A stretch of DNA of 47,485 nucleotides. Origin: an uncultured Candidatus Saccharibacteria bacterium (GTDB taxonomy: Bacteria; Patescibacteriota; Minisyncoccia; Phycocordibacterales; Phycocordibacteraceae). The position numbers were made by a program, and so were the translations under genes. The notes under the pieces were generated by a model. It had not been told where the DNA came from. It made no database searches and saw only the letters and a list, made by a program, of their open reading frames with translations. The stretch's first letter is position 1, and each line of letters starts with the position of its first letter. Where the stretch lies: positions 1 through 47,485 of the forward strand of contig CAYGGK010000001.1 in NCBI GenBank assembly GCA_964349555.1. The letters are read 5' to 3'. Positions 1-9,007 of this stretch are shown here, piece by piece.

Positions 1-1127
1 TGCGCGACCTCTTCCAGCTCGCGAAGAAGGCCGCGCCCGCCATCATCTTCGTCGACGAGATAGACGCTGTCGGGCGCGTTCGTGGGACAGGGGTGGGCGG
101 TGGTAACGACGAGCGCGAGCAGACGCTCAATCAGATTTTGGTAGAGATGGACGGCTTTGAGCCGACCGAAAAGGTGGTGGTGATGGCGGCAACGAACCGT
201 CCCGATGTCCTCGACCCGGCTCTCCTACGTCCCGGGCGCTTTGACCGGCGCGTGACAATCGACCTCCCTGATCGCCGCGACCGCGAAGAAATCCTCCAGA
301 TCCACGCGCGTAAGAAACCGCTCGGCCCTGACGTCGCGCTCGCCGTCATTGCCGAGCGGACGCCGGGCTTTTCCGGTGCGGAACTCTATTCGCTCATGAA
401 CGAGGGAGCGATTCTCGCCGCGCGCGAGAATCGCGTAGAAGTAACGCAGTACGACTTGGTCCGTTCAATAGAGAAGGTAATGCTCGGGCCGGAGCGCAAG
501 TCGCATCTGCTTTCAAAAAAGGAAAAAGAGCTCACCGCGTATCACGAGGCCGGACACGCACTTGTTTCTTCCGTGTTGCCGAATGCTGATCCTGTACACA
601 AAATTTCAATCATCAGCAGAGGCCGCGCGGCCGGCTACACGTTGAAGCTTCCGTTTGAAGACAAGAAGATGCATTCGCGAAAGCAGTTTCTTGACGACAT
701 CGCGGCAACCTTGGGCGGCTATGTCGCGGAGGAGATGCTCTTTAACGATGTGACAACGGGCCCTTCAAACGATCTGATGGTTATCACGGCACTCGCGCGC
801 GACATGGTTGTGCGTTACGGTATGAGCGAGAAGCTAGGGCCAATCGCCTTTGGCGAGCGCGCGCTCGGCAACGAGCCGTACTCCGAGCATGTCGCGATGC
901 AAATAGACGCCGAGGTGGCGCGCATCATTGACGACGCGAAGGCGCGCGCGAAGAAGGTCATCTCCGAGCACCGCTCGGCGCTCGATGCTATTGCAAAAGA
1001 ATTGATAGAGAAAGAGACGGTAGAGCGGAGCGAATTTGAAAAGATACTTATTGCCAACGGCATCACGCCGAAGGCAAAAGAAGAGGAGGGCATCATTATC
1101 GCGCCCACCGGCGGCGACATCGCGTAA
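1..1127 (+). CDS. ftsH: ATP-dependent zinc metalloprotease FtsH (5'-truncated by window edge)
   Basis: Walker B (IIFVDEID) in the first 60 nt, second region of homology ([21 protein letters not shown]) and HEAGH zinc motif. Confidence 0.97.
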   Translation, partial: RDLFQLAKKAAPAIIFVDEIDAVGRVRGTGVGGGNDEREQTLNQILVEMDGFEPTEKVVVMAATNRPDVLDPALLRPGRFDRRVTIDLPDRRDREEILQIHARKKPLGPDVALAVIAERTPGFSGAELYSLMNEGAILAARENRVEVTQYDLVRSIEKVMLGPERKSHLLSKKEKELTAYHEAGHALVSSVLPNADPVHKISIISRGRAAGYTLKLPFEDKKMHSRKQFLDDIAATLGGYVAEEMLFNDVTTGPSNDLMVITALARDMVVRYGMSEKLGPIAFGERALGNEPYSEHVAMQIDAEVARIIDDAKARAKKVISEHRSALDAIAKELIEKETVERSEFEKILIANGITPKAKEEEGIIIAPTGGDIA

Positions 1128-1129
1128 AT

Positions 1130-1160
1130 TGGTCCACCCGCTTGGACTCGAACCGAGAAC
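1130..1160 (-). pseudogene. Orphan tRNA 3' fragment (T-arm, acceptor 3' strand and CCA)
   Basis: Minus strand reads GTT CTCGG TTCGAGT CCAAG CGGGTGG A CCA; no D-arm or anticodon arm upstream. Confidence 0.65.
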
Positions 1161-1276
1161 GGCAATATTCTTATCTTTGACCGACCGGATGTAGATAAGA
1201 ATGTTTTGAAACTCATGAATGTTCAGATTCACAACGAGTTTGCTGTGACAGACGGTGTATGATTCTATAAAGGAAC

Positions 1277-1353
1277 GCGCGCGTAGCTTAATTGGTAAAG
1301 CAGGCGTCTTATACACGCCCGATGTCCAGGTTCGAGTCCTGGCGCGCGCACCA
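1277..1353 (+). tRNA. tRNA-Ile(UAU)
   Basis: Cloverleaf with acceptor GCGCGCG/CGCGCGC, anticodon arm GGCGT-CTTATAC-ACGCC, T-arm CCAGG-TTCGAGT-CCTGG and encoded CCA. Confidence 0.93.
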
Positions 1354-1431
1354 ACTCGTGCTAATTCAAGTGACCGGATGTGTTGATGGCATCGAAAAAT
1401 GCAATTGTTCAAACTAGGGTAAAATCCCCTT

Positions 1432-1902
1432 ATGAGCGAACGCCGCCCCAATAAGCTACCCGAACAAAGTACGCGAGAAAATGTTGATGTGTTTACATTG
1501 GGTGAGGAACATCTTGATCTGCACCGCATCCGGAATTTGTCCTCGGAATTGCCCGCGACCGACATTCCAATCGCTTCACTCGATACTCAAGTACGTAGCC
1601 AGTCGTGGGACGACGAGTCTGCAACGGACATATCTCCCTCAAATTTTCTCGACGAGATTCAGCATGACTTGAGTCTTCTTCAAATATTGAACGCCCATCC
1701 AAATTGGGAGAATCGCATCAGACGAATTCAGATGGCTGATTATTCGCACCCAATTCTCATATACAAAGGGGTGATCATCGACGGGTTACATCGCATTCTT
1801 CATGCGCGTATAGACGGAAAAGAAACTGTTCTTGCCCACAATTTAGATTCGCTCCCGGCAGACGCTTTCGTGTCTGACGAATTTATGCAAGGACTAGAAT
1901 AA
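1432..1902 (+). CDS. Hypothetical protein with ParB/Srx-like N-terminal-domain motif
   Basis: 156-aa ORF containing PILI...IIDGLHRILHA (DGxHR motif). Confidence 0.6.
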   Translation: MSERRPNKLPEQSTRENVDVFTLGEEHLDLHRIRNLSSELPATDIPIASLDTQVRSQSWDDESATDISPSNFLDEIQHDLSLLQILNAHPNWENRIRRIQMADYSHPILIYKGVIIDGLHRILHARIDGKETVLAHNLDSLPADAFVSDEFMQGLE

Positions 1903-1993
1903 AAGAGGTTTTTTCGAAAATGCAGCCAGATCGAGAGGCCTCAGTCTGTTATGCTAAAAGACGTCAAAGAATCCTTGCAGGGTCTCACCTGGA

Positions 1994-2018
1994 CAGGTTC
2001 GAGTCCTGGCAGGCGCAC
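1994..2018 (+). repeat. Degenerate direct repeat of the tRNA-Ile 3' end (attR-like)
   Basis: CAGGTTCGAGTCCTGGCAGGCGCAC versus CAGGTTCGAGTCCTGGCGCGCGCAC in the tRNA. Confidence 0.8.
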
Positions 2019-2021
2019 AGG

Positions 2022-2063
2022 TTATTCCAAATGCATCTGGCGGTCGGCGAGGGAGGCGCGCCG
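2022..2063 (-). repeat. Duplicated recG 3' end
   Basis: Matches 2546-2587 at 40 of 42 nt; encodes RRASLADRQMHLE* versus RRASLADHQMHLE*. Confidence 0.92.
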
Positions 2064-2086
2064 AAGGAGGACAGAGTAATTTCCAG

Positions 2087-2341
2087 CTAGCGATAAATAT
2101 CTTTTCGGTCGCCTACGGCAAATAAACAAGCGGTATTGTCCTCCCATATAAAAAGCGCGCGATATGAGCGGGTAATTCGAAACGAGTAGATATCGTCCAT
2201 ATCGCGCAACTTTTTCAGATGCAAACGAGTGTCTCTTGGATTGTCGGACAAGCGCTCTTCCTGTTCTCGATACACCGATTGCACGGACTTAGGCAATTTT
2301 TCTAACATCGCCGTGAATTTCTGCGTCCGAACAACGCGCAT
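2087..2341 (-). CDS. RelE/ParE-family type II toxin
   Basis: 84 aa; F...LEKLP...LHLKKL...YSFRITRSYRALF...VGDRKDIY pattern. Confidence 0.85.
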   Translation of the reverse strand: MRVVRTQKFTAMLEKLPKSVQSVYREQEERLSDNPRDTRLHLKKLRDMDDIYSFRITRSYRALFIWEDNTACLFAVGDRKDIYR

Positions 2342-2343
2342 AG

Positions 2344-2526
2344 TTAGGAGCTTCGCGTGGGAGTCATCCGGCGCCGCGCATCGCGGTACGCCGACAGGAT
2401 TTCTTTTTTATTCTTGTATTCATCAACTGATTCGGTAGGCATAAAGACAGAAACATCACGACGCAAAGCCCGAACCTCCTTAAAAAGGTCCTTCAGAGAG
2501 ACACTTCCATTACCGGTCTTGTTCAT
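2344..2526 (-). CDS. Putative antitoxin
   Basis: 60-aa ORF ending 2 nt before the toxin start; TGGTATACT -10 box just upstream. Confidence 0.65.
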   Translation of the reverse strand: MNKTGNGSVSLKDLFKEVRALRRDVSVFMPTESVDEYKNKKEILSAYRDARRRMTPTRSS

Positions 2527-2545
2527 TGACTCCAGTATACCATAT

Positions 2546-4711
2546 TTACTCCAAATGCATCTGGTGGTCGGCGAGGGAGGCGCGCCGCGCGAGGGCAGGG
2601 CAGTTTTTTAATTCTGGGTCGCTCTCGATGAGGCGCGCCGCCTCAAGGCGCGCCGCTTCAACGAGCTTGATATTTTTTAACGCCTCCATCGCGATGTCCG
2701 AGACGCCCCACTGCTTCCCGCCGGCAAGCTCGCCCGCGCCGCGGAGCGCTAGGTCGTATTCGGCGAGCTCAAAACCGTTTTTCGCCGAGACGAGTGCCTT
2801 CATCCTCTCCCGCGTCGTCTCCCCGAACGATTCGGGGAGCGCGAAGCAATACGATTGATGCGTGGAGCGCAGAACGCGCCCGCGTAGTTGATGGAGTTGG
2901 GCGAGCCCGAATCTCTCGGCGCCCTCTATCAATATAACGGTCGCATTCGGGACGTTAACGCCCACTTCAACGACGGAGGTCGCAACGAGAATATTTATAT
3001 TTCCCTTTTCAAATTCTCTCATCACCGTTTCTTTCTCAAGCGGTCTCATTTTGCTGTGGAGAATACCGAGGGCCGCCCTTGGGAAAACTTCTTTTTTGAG
3101 TCGTGCGGCTTCTGCTTTGACTGATTTCGCCTGAAGAGCCAATTCTTTTTGAGGGTCGGGCTCGTCTATTCTCGGACAGATGACGTATGCTTGTCGTCCG
3201 GCGGAGAGCTCAGCGCGAACGCGCTCATACGCGCGTTCGCGTTTCCCAGGATCTAATACTTCAGTGATGACTGATTTCCTGCCCGCGGGCATCTCGTCAA
3301 GTAACGTTAGATCCAGGTCGCCGTAAATAGTGAGAGCAAGCGTGCGCGGGATGGGTGTCGCCGTCATTGAGAGCAGGTGGGGGACGATACCTCCCTTCGT
3401 CGCGACCTTCTGCCGGTGCATGGTGCCGAAACGATGCTGTTCGTCAATGATGGCATAGGCAAAATATTTAAATTCAAGTGATTTCTCGATAAGCGCGTGG
3501 GTGCCGATGACGATAGGGATTTCGCCGCTTAAAACCATTTTTTTGAAAGCCGCTCGGGACAATTTTGCCGATTCTTCGTATCGTATTTTTGACGGAAACT
3601 TTCGGCACTCGCTCCCCGTCATAAGGCCGATGGGTATCGGGTGGTCGCGGAAGTAAGAGACGAAAGTGGAGAAATGTTGTTTGGCGAGAATTTCAGTCGG
3701 ACAAAGATAGGCGACTTGGAGCGTCCCGGCGACTCTCCCCACTGGTCGCGAAGTCGCGACGAGGTACGCGGTCGCGGCGGCGACCGCGGTCTTACCGCTC
3801 CCCACGTCGCCCTCAAGCAGGCGGAGCATGGGATGCGGCTTTTCAAAGTCGCCCACGATAGCGTCGATGGCCTTTAACTGTGCGTTGGTGGCGGGGAAGG
3901 GGAATGACCTGACGAAGTCCGCAAGGGCGCTTCGGTCAACGGCGACCGGTAGCGCCCTTTTGGAGAGGAGCGCACGACGGCGTTTCTGCAGGGCGGCCTG
4001 AAGTGCGAAGACTTCTTCAAAGGCGAAGCGCTTACGCGCCGCGGCGGAATCCTGAAGACGCCGCGGCGCGTGTATAAAGACGAGCGCTGAAGAGAGCGAG
4101 GGTAGGCGGTATCGCGCAAGAATATCTCCCGGGATAGGGTCTTCACAGCGCTCATGCGCTCCTGACTCAAAAACTTTCTTGATGGCATGCTGGAACCAGA
4201 GCGACGATATCCCCCGACTTTCCGGATATATCGGATATAGCGCTTCGCTCATAAGCTCAGTACCTGCGGCAAACAGAGTATCGTGTACCGTGTCGGGAGT
4301 GACCGGCGTTTTATCTATTGTAGGATTTGCGAGGTACATTTTCGCCCCTGCTCCCGCTACCTTTCCACTTACTTTCACCACCATGCCGTCGCGCAAAGTT
4401 TTCGCGATATATGGCTGGCTGAACCACATCATTTTAATTTTCCCCGACGCGTCTTCGAGGTATGCCTCGGCGATTGGGCGGCGACTCTTCCATGTCTTTC
4501 GTATGTCCGGCTTACGCACCGTGCCGTAGAGCGTTACTTCGGCGCCAGCTGTTACGCCAGCTATTGTCCCGGTCTGTCCGGCGGATTCGTACCTGGCCGG
4601 GAAGTGGTACAAGATATCACCAATCGTTCGTATCCCGAGTTTATGCAGAGCTCGACTCTGCTCTGGTTTTAATCGAGTGAAATGTTTGTCAACTGTATCG
4701 TCCGCGTTCAC
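2546..4711 (-). CDS. recG: ATP-dependent DNA helicase RecG (probable GTG start at 4711)
   Basis: GDVGSGKT, DEQH, TATPIPRT and QLHQLRGRV motifs; N-terminal wedge/OB region. Confidence 0.96.
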   Translation of the reverse strand: MNADDTVDKHFTRLKPEQSRALHKLGIRTIGDILYHFPARYESAGQTGTIAGVTAGAEVTLYGTVRKPDIRKTWKSRRPIAEAYLEDASGKIKMMWFSQPYIAKTLRDGMVVKVSGKVAGAGAKMYLANPTIDKTPVTPDTVHDTLFAAGTELMSEALYPIYPESRGISSLWFQHAIKKVFESGAHERCEDPIPGDILARYRLPSLSSALVFIHAPRRLQDSAAARKRFAFEEVFALQAALQKRRRALLSKRALPVAVDRSALADFVRSFPFPATNAQLKAIDAIVGDFEKPHPMLRLLEGDVGSGKTAVAAATAYLVATSRPVGRVAGTLQVAYLCPTEILAKQHFSTFVSYFRDHPIPIGLMTGSECRKFPSKIRYEESAKLSRAAFKKMVLSGEIPIVIGTHALIEKSLEFKYFAYAIIDEQHRFGTMHRQKVATKGGIVPHLLSMTATPIPRTLALTIYGDLDLTLLDEMPAGRKSVITEVLDPGKRERAYERVRAELSAGRQAYVICPRIDEPDPQKELALQAKSVKAEAARLKKEVFPRAALGILHSKMRPLEKETVMREFEKGNINILVATSVVEVGVNVPNATVILIEGAERFGLAQLHQLRGRVLRSTHQSYCFALPESFGETTRERMKALVSAKNGFELAEYDLALRGAGELAGGKQWGVSDIAMEALKNIKLVEAARLEAARLIESDPELKNCPALARRASLADHQMHLE

Positions 4712-4724
4712 AGGCGATGCTTCG

Positions 4725-5216
4725 TTATGGAGTCGCCGTGACAATGACGGTCCCGAACTTGGACGCGTCAATGTGGTCGTGATATTTCCACGTCCCCGCT
4801 TTGTTGAAGGTGAATGAGTACGAGTTACCGGAAGGTGTCGGAGTACATGCGTCAAATGCCGTACCAGCCGTGTCGGGGCAGTGTTGGCTCAATGTTGTGC
4901 CGCTGTATACCGAGTGTGACGGATGCATGGCGGAAGCTGGCCACATGTCCTTGGAGCTTTTGTTGATGAACATCACGCGCGCGCCTGTCGTTACGGTAAT
5001 GCTCGAAGGCGTGAACCCCTGGTCGGTGTATTCAATCGTTATGCTCTGTGGAGCGTCTTCAACAATCATCTCCGGTGTCGTGCTACCAACGACCGGCATC
5101 TGGTTTGATAGAGGCGTTTCTGACGAGGGAGCTTGGGCCGGAGTCACCGAGAGGAGAAGCCACCCGCCGACAATAACTAAAACTACCCCAACAATACTCA
5201 AGATTTTCCCATTCAT
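4725..5216 (-). CDS. Membrane-anchored cupredoxin/plastocyanin-like protein
   Basis: N-terminal TM segment; GFTPSSITV, HPSH and FTFNKAGTWKYHDH...GTVIV. Confidence 0.75.
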   Translation of the reverse strand: MNGKILSIVGVVLVIVGGWLLLSVTPAQAPSSETPLSNQMPVVGSTTPEMIVEDAPQSITIEYTDQGFTPSSITVTTGARVMFINKSSKDMWPASAMHPSHSVYSGTTLSQHCPDTAGTAFDACTPTPSGNSYSFTFNKAGTWKYHDHIDASKFGTVIVTATP

Positions 5217-5288
5217 AAAGGTGAAATAAGGCAAGGTTATTAATAAGTATCCACTTGAATTTTAACATAAACAGCTTATACTTCACAT

Positions 5289-5855
5289 ATGTCCACAACA
5301 ACCATACTCTTCATAGTTATCGCGATAGTGGTGCTCTGGGTTATCTTTGCGTACAACCGCCTCGTTGCGCTCGTTAATCAAGCGAAGGAAGCATGGGCCG
5401 ATATTCAAGTTCAGCTGAAGCGTCGTTATGACCTCATACCTAATCTCATTGAGACCGTTAAGGGTTACGCAACACACGAGGCAAGCGTCTTTGAAAACGT
5501 GACGAAGGCGCGTACCGCGGCTATGGACACTACGGATGCTACGCCAGCCGCGAAAGCGCAGGCGGAGAATATGCTCTCGGGAGCGCTCAAGACGCTTTTT
5601 GCGGTCTCTGAAGCGTACCCCGATTTGAAAGCGAATCAGAATTTTCTCCAGTTGCAGAAAGAGCTCGCGGATACCGAAGACAAGATACAAGCTTCTCGCC
5701 GCTTCTATAACACTATGGTAATGACACTCAACACGGCGATTGAATCGTTCCCGAGCAACGTTATCGCGTCGTCGTTCAGTTTTAAGCACATGGATCTTTT
5801 TGAGCTCTCCGCCGCCGACTCTGCGGCGGCCGAGCCGGCGAAGGTGAAGTTTTAG
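5289..5855 (+). CDS. lemA: LemA family protein
   Basis: N-terminal TM segment, QLKRRYDLIPNL and YPDLKANQNF. Confidence 0.95.
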   Translation: MSTTTILFIVIAIVVLWVIFAYNRLVALVNQAKEAWADIQVQLKRRYDLIPNLIETVKGYATHEASVFENVTKARTAAMDTTDATPAAKAQAENMLSGALKTLFAVSEAYPDLKANQNFLQLQKELADTEDKIQASRRFYNTMVMTLNTAIESFPSNVIASSFSFKHMDLFELSAADSAAAEPAKVKF

Positions 5856-5878
5856 CCAGGATACGTTTACTGCAGGTA

Positions 5879-6766
5879 ATGGATTTGTACGCACAACGCT
5901 CAAGCAATATCCGTCGAACGTGGGTACTCGTGTTCGTCTTTTTAATTGTTGTCATCGCGGTTGGCTACGCGCTCTCGTGGTATTACGGCAACCCATTCAT
6001 TCTCTATATTGCAGTTATATTTGCCGTGGCAACCAACTTTTACGCCTACTGGTTCTCCGACAAGTTGGTACTCTCGATGAATCACGCTCGTCTCGCGACG
6101 CGCGAAGAGTTTTTTGACCTCTACACAGTCACCGAGAATCTGGCGATTACCGCGGGGCTCCCGATGCCGAAGCTCTACGTGATAGATGACACGGCGCCGA
6201 ACGCATTCGCGACCGGCCGCGACGAGAAGCACGCGGTGGTGTGCGCGACGACCGGGCTTCTCTCTCTGCTCACGCGTCCGGAGCTCGAGGGGGTCATCGC
6301 TCACGAACTCTCACATATAAAAAATCGCGACATACTTCTTATGACGATTGCCGTGGTGCTCGCCGGCATTGTCGCGATTCTTACTGACCTGTTCTTGCGC
6401 ATGTCCTACTTTGGAGGGGGCCGTGACAATAAGCAGGGGAGTGCAATTCTTACCATACTTGTGATTGTCGCTATCGTGCTTGCGCCCGTGGCCGCCAAGC
6501 TCATCCAGCTTGCCGTGTCGCGTCGCCGCGAATATCTCGCCGATGCCTCCGGCGCGCTTCTCACGCGATATCCCGAAGGCCTTGCTTCTGCCCTCGGGAA
6601 GATTAGCTCGTACAATAAACCGATGCACCACGCAAACCATGCCACGGCGCACCTCTTCATTGACGAACCGTTCGGGAAGCCCGAAGGAGGGAAATTGGCA
6701 TGGCTCGAACGGTTGTTCTCGACGCATCCGCCGGTCGCCGACCGTATCAAGGCACTCCTTGCTTAA
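5879..6766 (+). CDS. htpX: Zinc metalloprotease HtpX (M48)
   Basis: PNAFATG, HELSH, SRRREYLAD and STHPP. Confidence 0.93.
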   Translation: MDLYAQRSSNIRRTWVLVFVFLIVVIAVGYALSWYYGNPFILYIAVIFAVATNFYAYWFSDKLVLSMNHARLATREEFFDLYTVTENLAITAGLPMPKLYVIDDTAPNAFATGRDEKHAVVCATTGLLSLLTRPELEGVIAHELSHIKNRDILLMTIAVVLAGIVAILTDLFLRMSYFGGGRDNKQGSAILTILVIVAIVLAPVAAKLIQLAVSRRREYLADASGALLTRYPEGLASALGKISSYNKPMHHANHATAHLFIDEPFGKPEGGKLAWLERLFSTHPPVADRIKALLA

Positions 6767-6822
6767 AGGCTTGAGAACTGTTACGTTTCAAACGAGAAAC
6801 CCATTCACGGAGTATTCAAAAA

Positions 6823-7584
6823 ATGGAAAAGCACATTCACATTCAAAGCCTAGAAGGGAAGTTGGTGTTGATCACGGGAGCCGGCAAACGCGTCGGTGCA
6901 GATATCGCCCGATACATGGCCGCGCGCGGAATGGACATCTGCCTCCACTATCGCTCAAGTCTTGAGGCGGCTGAAGGCCTCAAGAAGGAAATCGAAGAAA
7001 CGTACAGAGTACGCGTTGAGCTTGTCAAGGGCGACCTGTCGAGGGAAGCGGATGTAACCGGACTGTTCAATTTGATTTCGCCGGACGTCGTGATTCTTAA
7101 CGCCGGCGCGTTCATACCAGACGACTTCAACGCGAACATGAAGGCGAACGCAGAAGCGGTTCATCACGTCGTCAAAAAGGGAATCGCCCGTATGTTGAGT
7201 GACAAGAGGAAAGGAACTTTTTTTCTCGTAGGGGATGCTTTTCTCGAGAGCGGCGGCGTGTATCCAGAAAATCTCATTGCGTACACGATGTCGAAAGCGC
7301 ACATCCCATACACCGTACGCCAACTTGCCTCCGCGCATGGCAGAGATGGACTGCGATTCATCGGTATCCTAAACGGACCTATTGAGCCGCCTCCTGGCGC
7401 CTCGCCTGAAGCGATCGCCGCCATCAAAGCAGAAATCAATCTGCCGGAAGAGGAACTTGATCCGTGGATCGGAGGAGTGAAAGTGGGGGAAGCTATCTAC
7501 GGCCTCCTCCTCGCAACAGCAATCAACGGCGAAAGTGTTCGCGTAGACGGCGGTCGCGTGCCGGTAGTAGCGCGCGAGCACTAA
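6823..7584 (+). CDS. SDR oxidoreductase, pteridine reductase/FolM-like
   Basis: TGAGKRVG, LHYRSS, YxxSK (YTMSK) and VDGG. Confidence 0.75.
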   Translation: MEKHIHIQSLEGKLVLITGAGKRVGADIARYMAARGMDICLHYRSSLEAAEGLKKEIEETYRVRVELVKGDLSREADVTGLFNLISPDVVILNAGAFIPDDFNANMKANAEAVHHVVKKGIARMLSDKRKGTFFLVGDAFLESGGVYPENLIAYTMSKAHIPYTVRQLASAHGRDGLRFIGILNGPIEPPPGASPEAIAAIKAEINLPEEELDPWIGGVKVGEAIYGLLLATAINGESVRVDGGRVPVVAREH

Positions 7585-7607
7585 CTAGTGACCCTACCCC
7601 TACCATA

Positions 7608-7636
7608 AGAAGTTCCCTGCAAGGGAACTTCTTTTT
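7608..7636 (+). terminator. Intrinsic terminator
   Basis: AAGAAGTTCCCT-GCA-AGGGAACTTCTT followed by a T run. Confidence 0.7.
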
Positions 7637-7674
7637 GTTTATACTGTTTTTCTGCTATAACTCATATACATCAC

Positions 7675-7759
7675 GGAGGCGTCGCATAGCGGTCTAGTGC
7701 GCACGCTTGGAAAGCGTGTGAGGGGCAACCCTCCGAGAGTTCGAATCTCTCCGCCTCCG
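7675..7759 (+). tRNA. tRNA-Ser(GGA)
   Basis: GGAGGCG acceptor, CACGC-TTGGAAA-GCGTG anticodon arm, long variable arm, discriminator G; CCA not encoded. Confidence 0.93.
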
Positions 7760-7939
7760 CAAAAACAAGAAGCATAGCGATTGGCGAGCGTAGGCGAGGA
7801 AATACTGAGGCCAGCAGGTCGAACGTACTATGTTTTTGCAGGATGCCGAATGTAACCATGAGGCGCCGCAAAACTTGTTGGGCCAGCACACCAAGGCTGT
7901 AAGCTTCGAAAAGCGTAATCGCGGCCTCTCCGCTTCCGC
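7760..7939 (+). repeat. Structured insert ending in a repeat of the tRNA-Ser 3' end
   Basis: CTCTCCGCCTCCGC (7747-7760) recurs as CTCTCCGCTTCCGC (7926-7939); internal inverted repeat GCAAAAACA/TGTTTTTGC. Confidence 0.65.
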
Positions 7940-8067
7940 CCGAAGTATTGAGTATCGGAAGATACGAGTACCTGGAAAGGGTGACGTAAAAGTAAATTAA
8001 AAATCGCCACACAGATTCGTGTGGCGATGGGGATGGCAGCGGATTCTGCCATCCCGGAAACATATGA

Positions 8068-8553
8068 TCAGACAATGAGAATATCGCTGAGCTCATACTT
8101 CAACGCCAGCTCCTCCTTGTCGCATATTGCATGCGGGGTGGGGCCGTTGCCTATAATGTAGCGGTTCTCGTAGCTCCACTCGTCGAAGGTTTCGATGATC
8201 ACGAAGAAACCATCTTCGGAGAAGCGCACGGGGATTGGTTTTCTCGAAAAATCTTCGAGGTCGTCAACCTTGCAGTCTGAGAATTCCCACCACTCATTCT
8301 CCTCATTGGATTTTGATTCAATGACGAACGTTATGCGTGTCCCTTCGCAGTCAGTCTTAACCCCGGTAAATGGTATGAAAGTCGCGGTAAAGATTCCGCG
8401 CTTCGACGCCCCATCGTTCTTATAGGAGTATAGGATGGACTGGAAGCCATAGGCTACCGTACCCCGAAACACCTCGTAGACCATGAGAGCGTAGCGTTCG
8501 CAGGCTTGCTCGAGAACGGGCAAGCTACGGTCTTTGATGTTGGAAAAGAACAT
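8068..8553 (-). CDS. Hypothetical protein
   Basis: Open frame; AGGAG Shine-Dalgarno before the ATG at 8553; hairpins downstream (8004-8056). Confidence 0.6.
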   Translation of the reverse strand: MFFSNIKDRSLPVLEQACERYALMVYEVFRGTVAYGFQSILYSYKNDGASKRGIFTATFIPFTGVKTDCEGTRITFVIESKSNEENEWWEFSDCKVDDLEDFSRKPIPVRFSEDGFFVIIETFDEWSYENRYIIGNGPTPHAICDKEELALKYELSDILIV

Positions 8554-8842
8554 TTGTTTTCTCCTAGTCAGGATTGGATGTCGGGTCATTCCGAACACCC
8601 CGCCATCAGTCGATGGCGCTTGCGATGCTATCATAAGAATATGATTGTGTCAAGGGCGCTTGGTGCCGACCCGGGCGCCTTAAGTTGAGCCTCGAAGGTC
8701 GGCTAGTTCCCTTCAAAATGATTTCGCGCAAAAGACACAATCTCACAGCTAGAAAGTATTTAGTATCGGATGCATGTCAAAGAATATGAGTCGGTAAGTT
8801 GCTTTACTTCTTTTTCCTCATCCTGTACTCTAAGCGTTAGAA

Positions 8843-8950
8843 AACAATATCAAGAGAGCAGAGGTGTTAAGGGACTGGCCCAAAACTCTGCCCGCAACCT
8901 GGTGTAAAAACTAAGGTGCGAATTCCAGCCCTAGAAGGGGAAGATGTTTC
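8843..8950 (+). ncRNA. SAM-I (S-box) riboswitch aptamer
   Basis: ATCAAGAG...GGGACTGGCCC...GCAACC...GGTGCGAATTCC...GAAGATG conserved blocks in order, upstream of metA. Confidence 0.88.
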
Positions 8951-8956
8951 AACTCG

Positions 8957-8990
8957 AACAAACCATCCTTCTTGGGGTGGTTTGTTCTTT
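8957..8990 (+). terminator. Riboswitch expression-platform terminator
   Basis: GAACAAACCATCC...GGGTGGTTTGTTC hairpin followed by TTT, between aptamer and metA start. Confidence 0.75.
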
Positions 8991-9007
8991 AAAAATGGAG
9001 AAAAACT

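Noticed and set aside
834..1565. 243-aa minus-strand ORF
   Set aside because: It spans ftsH antisense, tRNA-Ile and the next gene, so it is not a credible CDS.
4712..4855. N-terminal extension of RecG in the ORF track
   Set aside because: It overlaps the cupredoxin gene, and RecG-like sequence starts near the GTG at 4711. Similar over-extensions were trimmed for copA, cfa, thrS, speD, DUF192 and the Gmad2 gene.
7671..8096. 141-aa minus-strand ORF
   Set aside because: It runs antisense through tRNA-Ser and the structured insert, so it is probably spurious.
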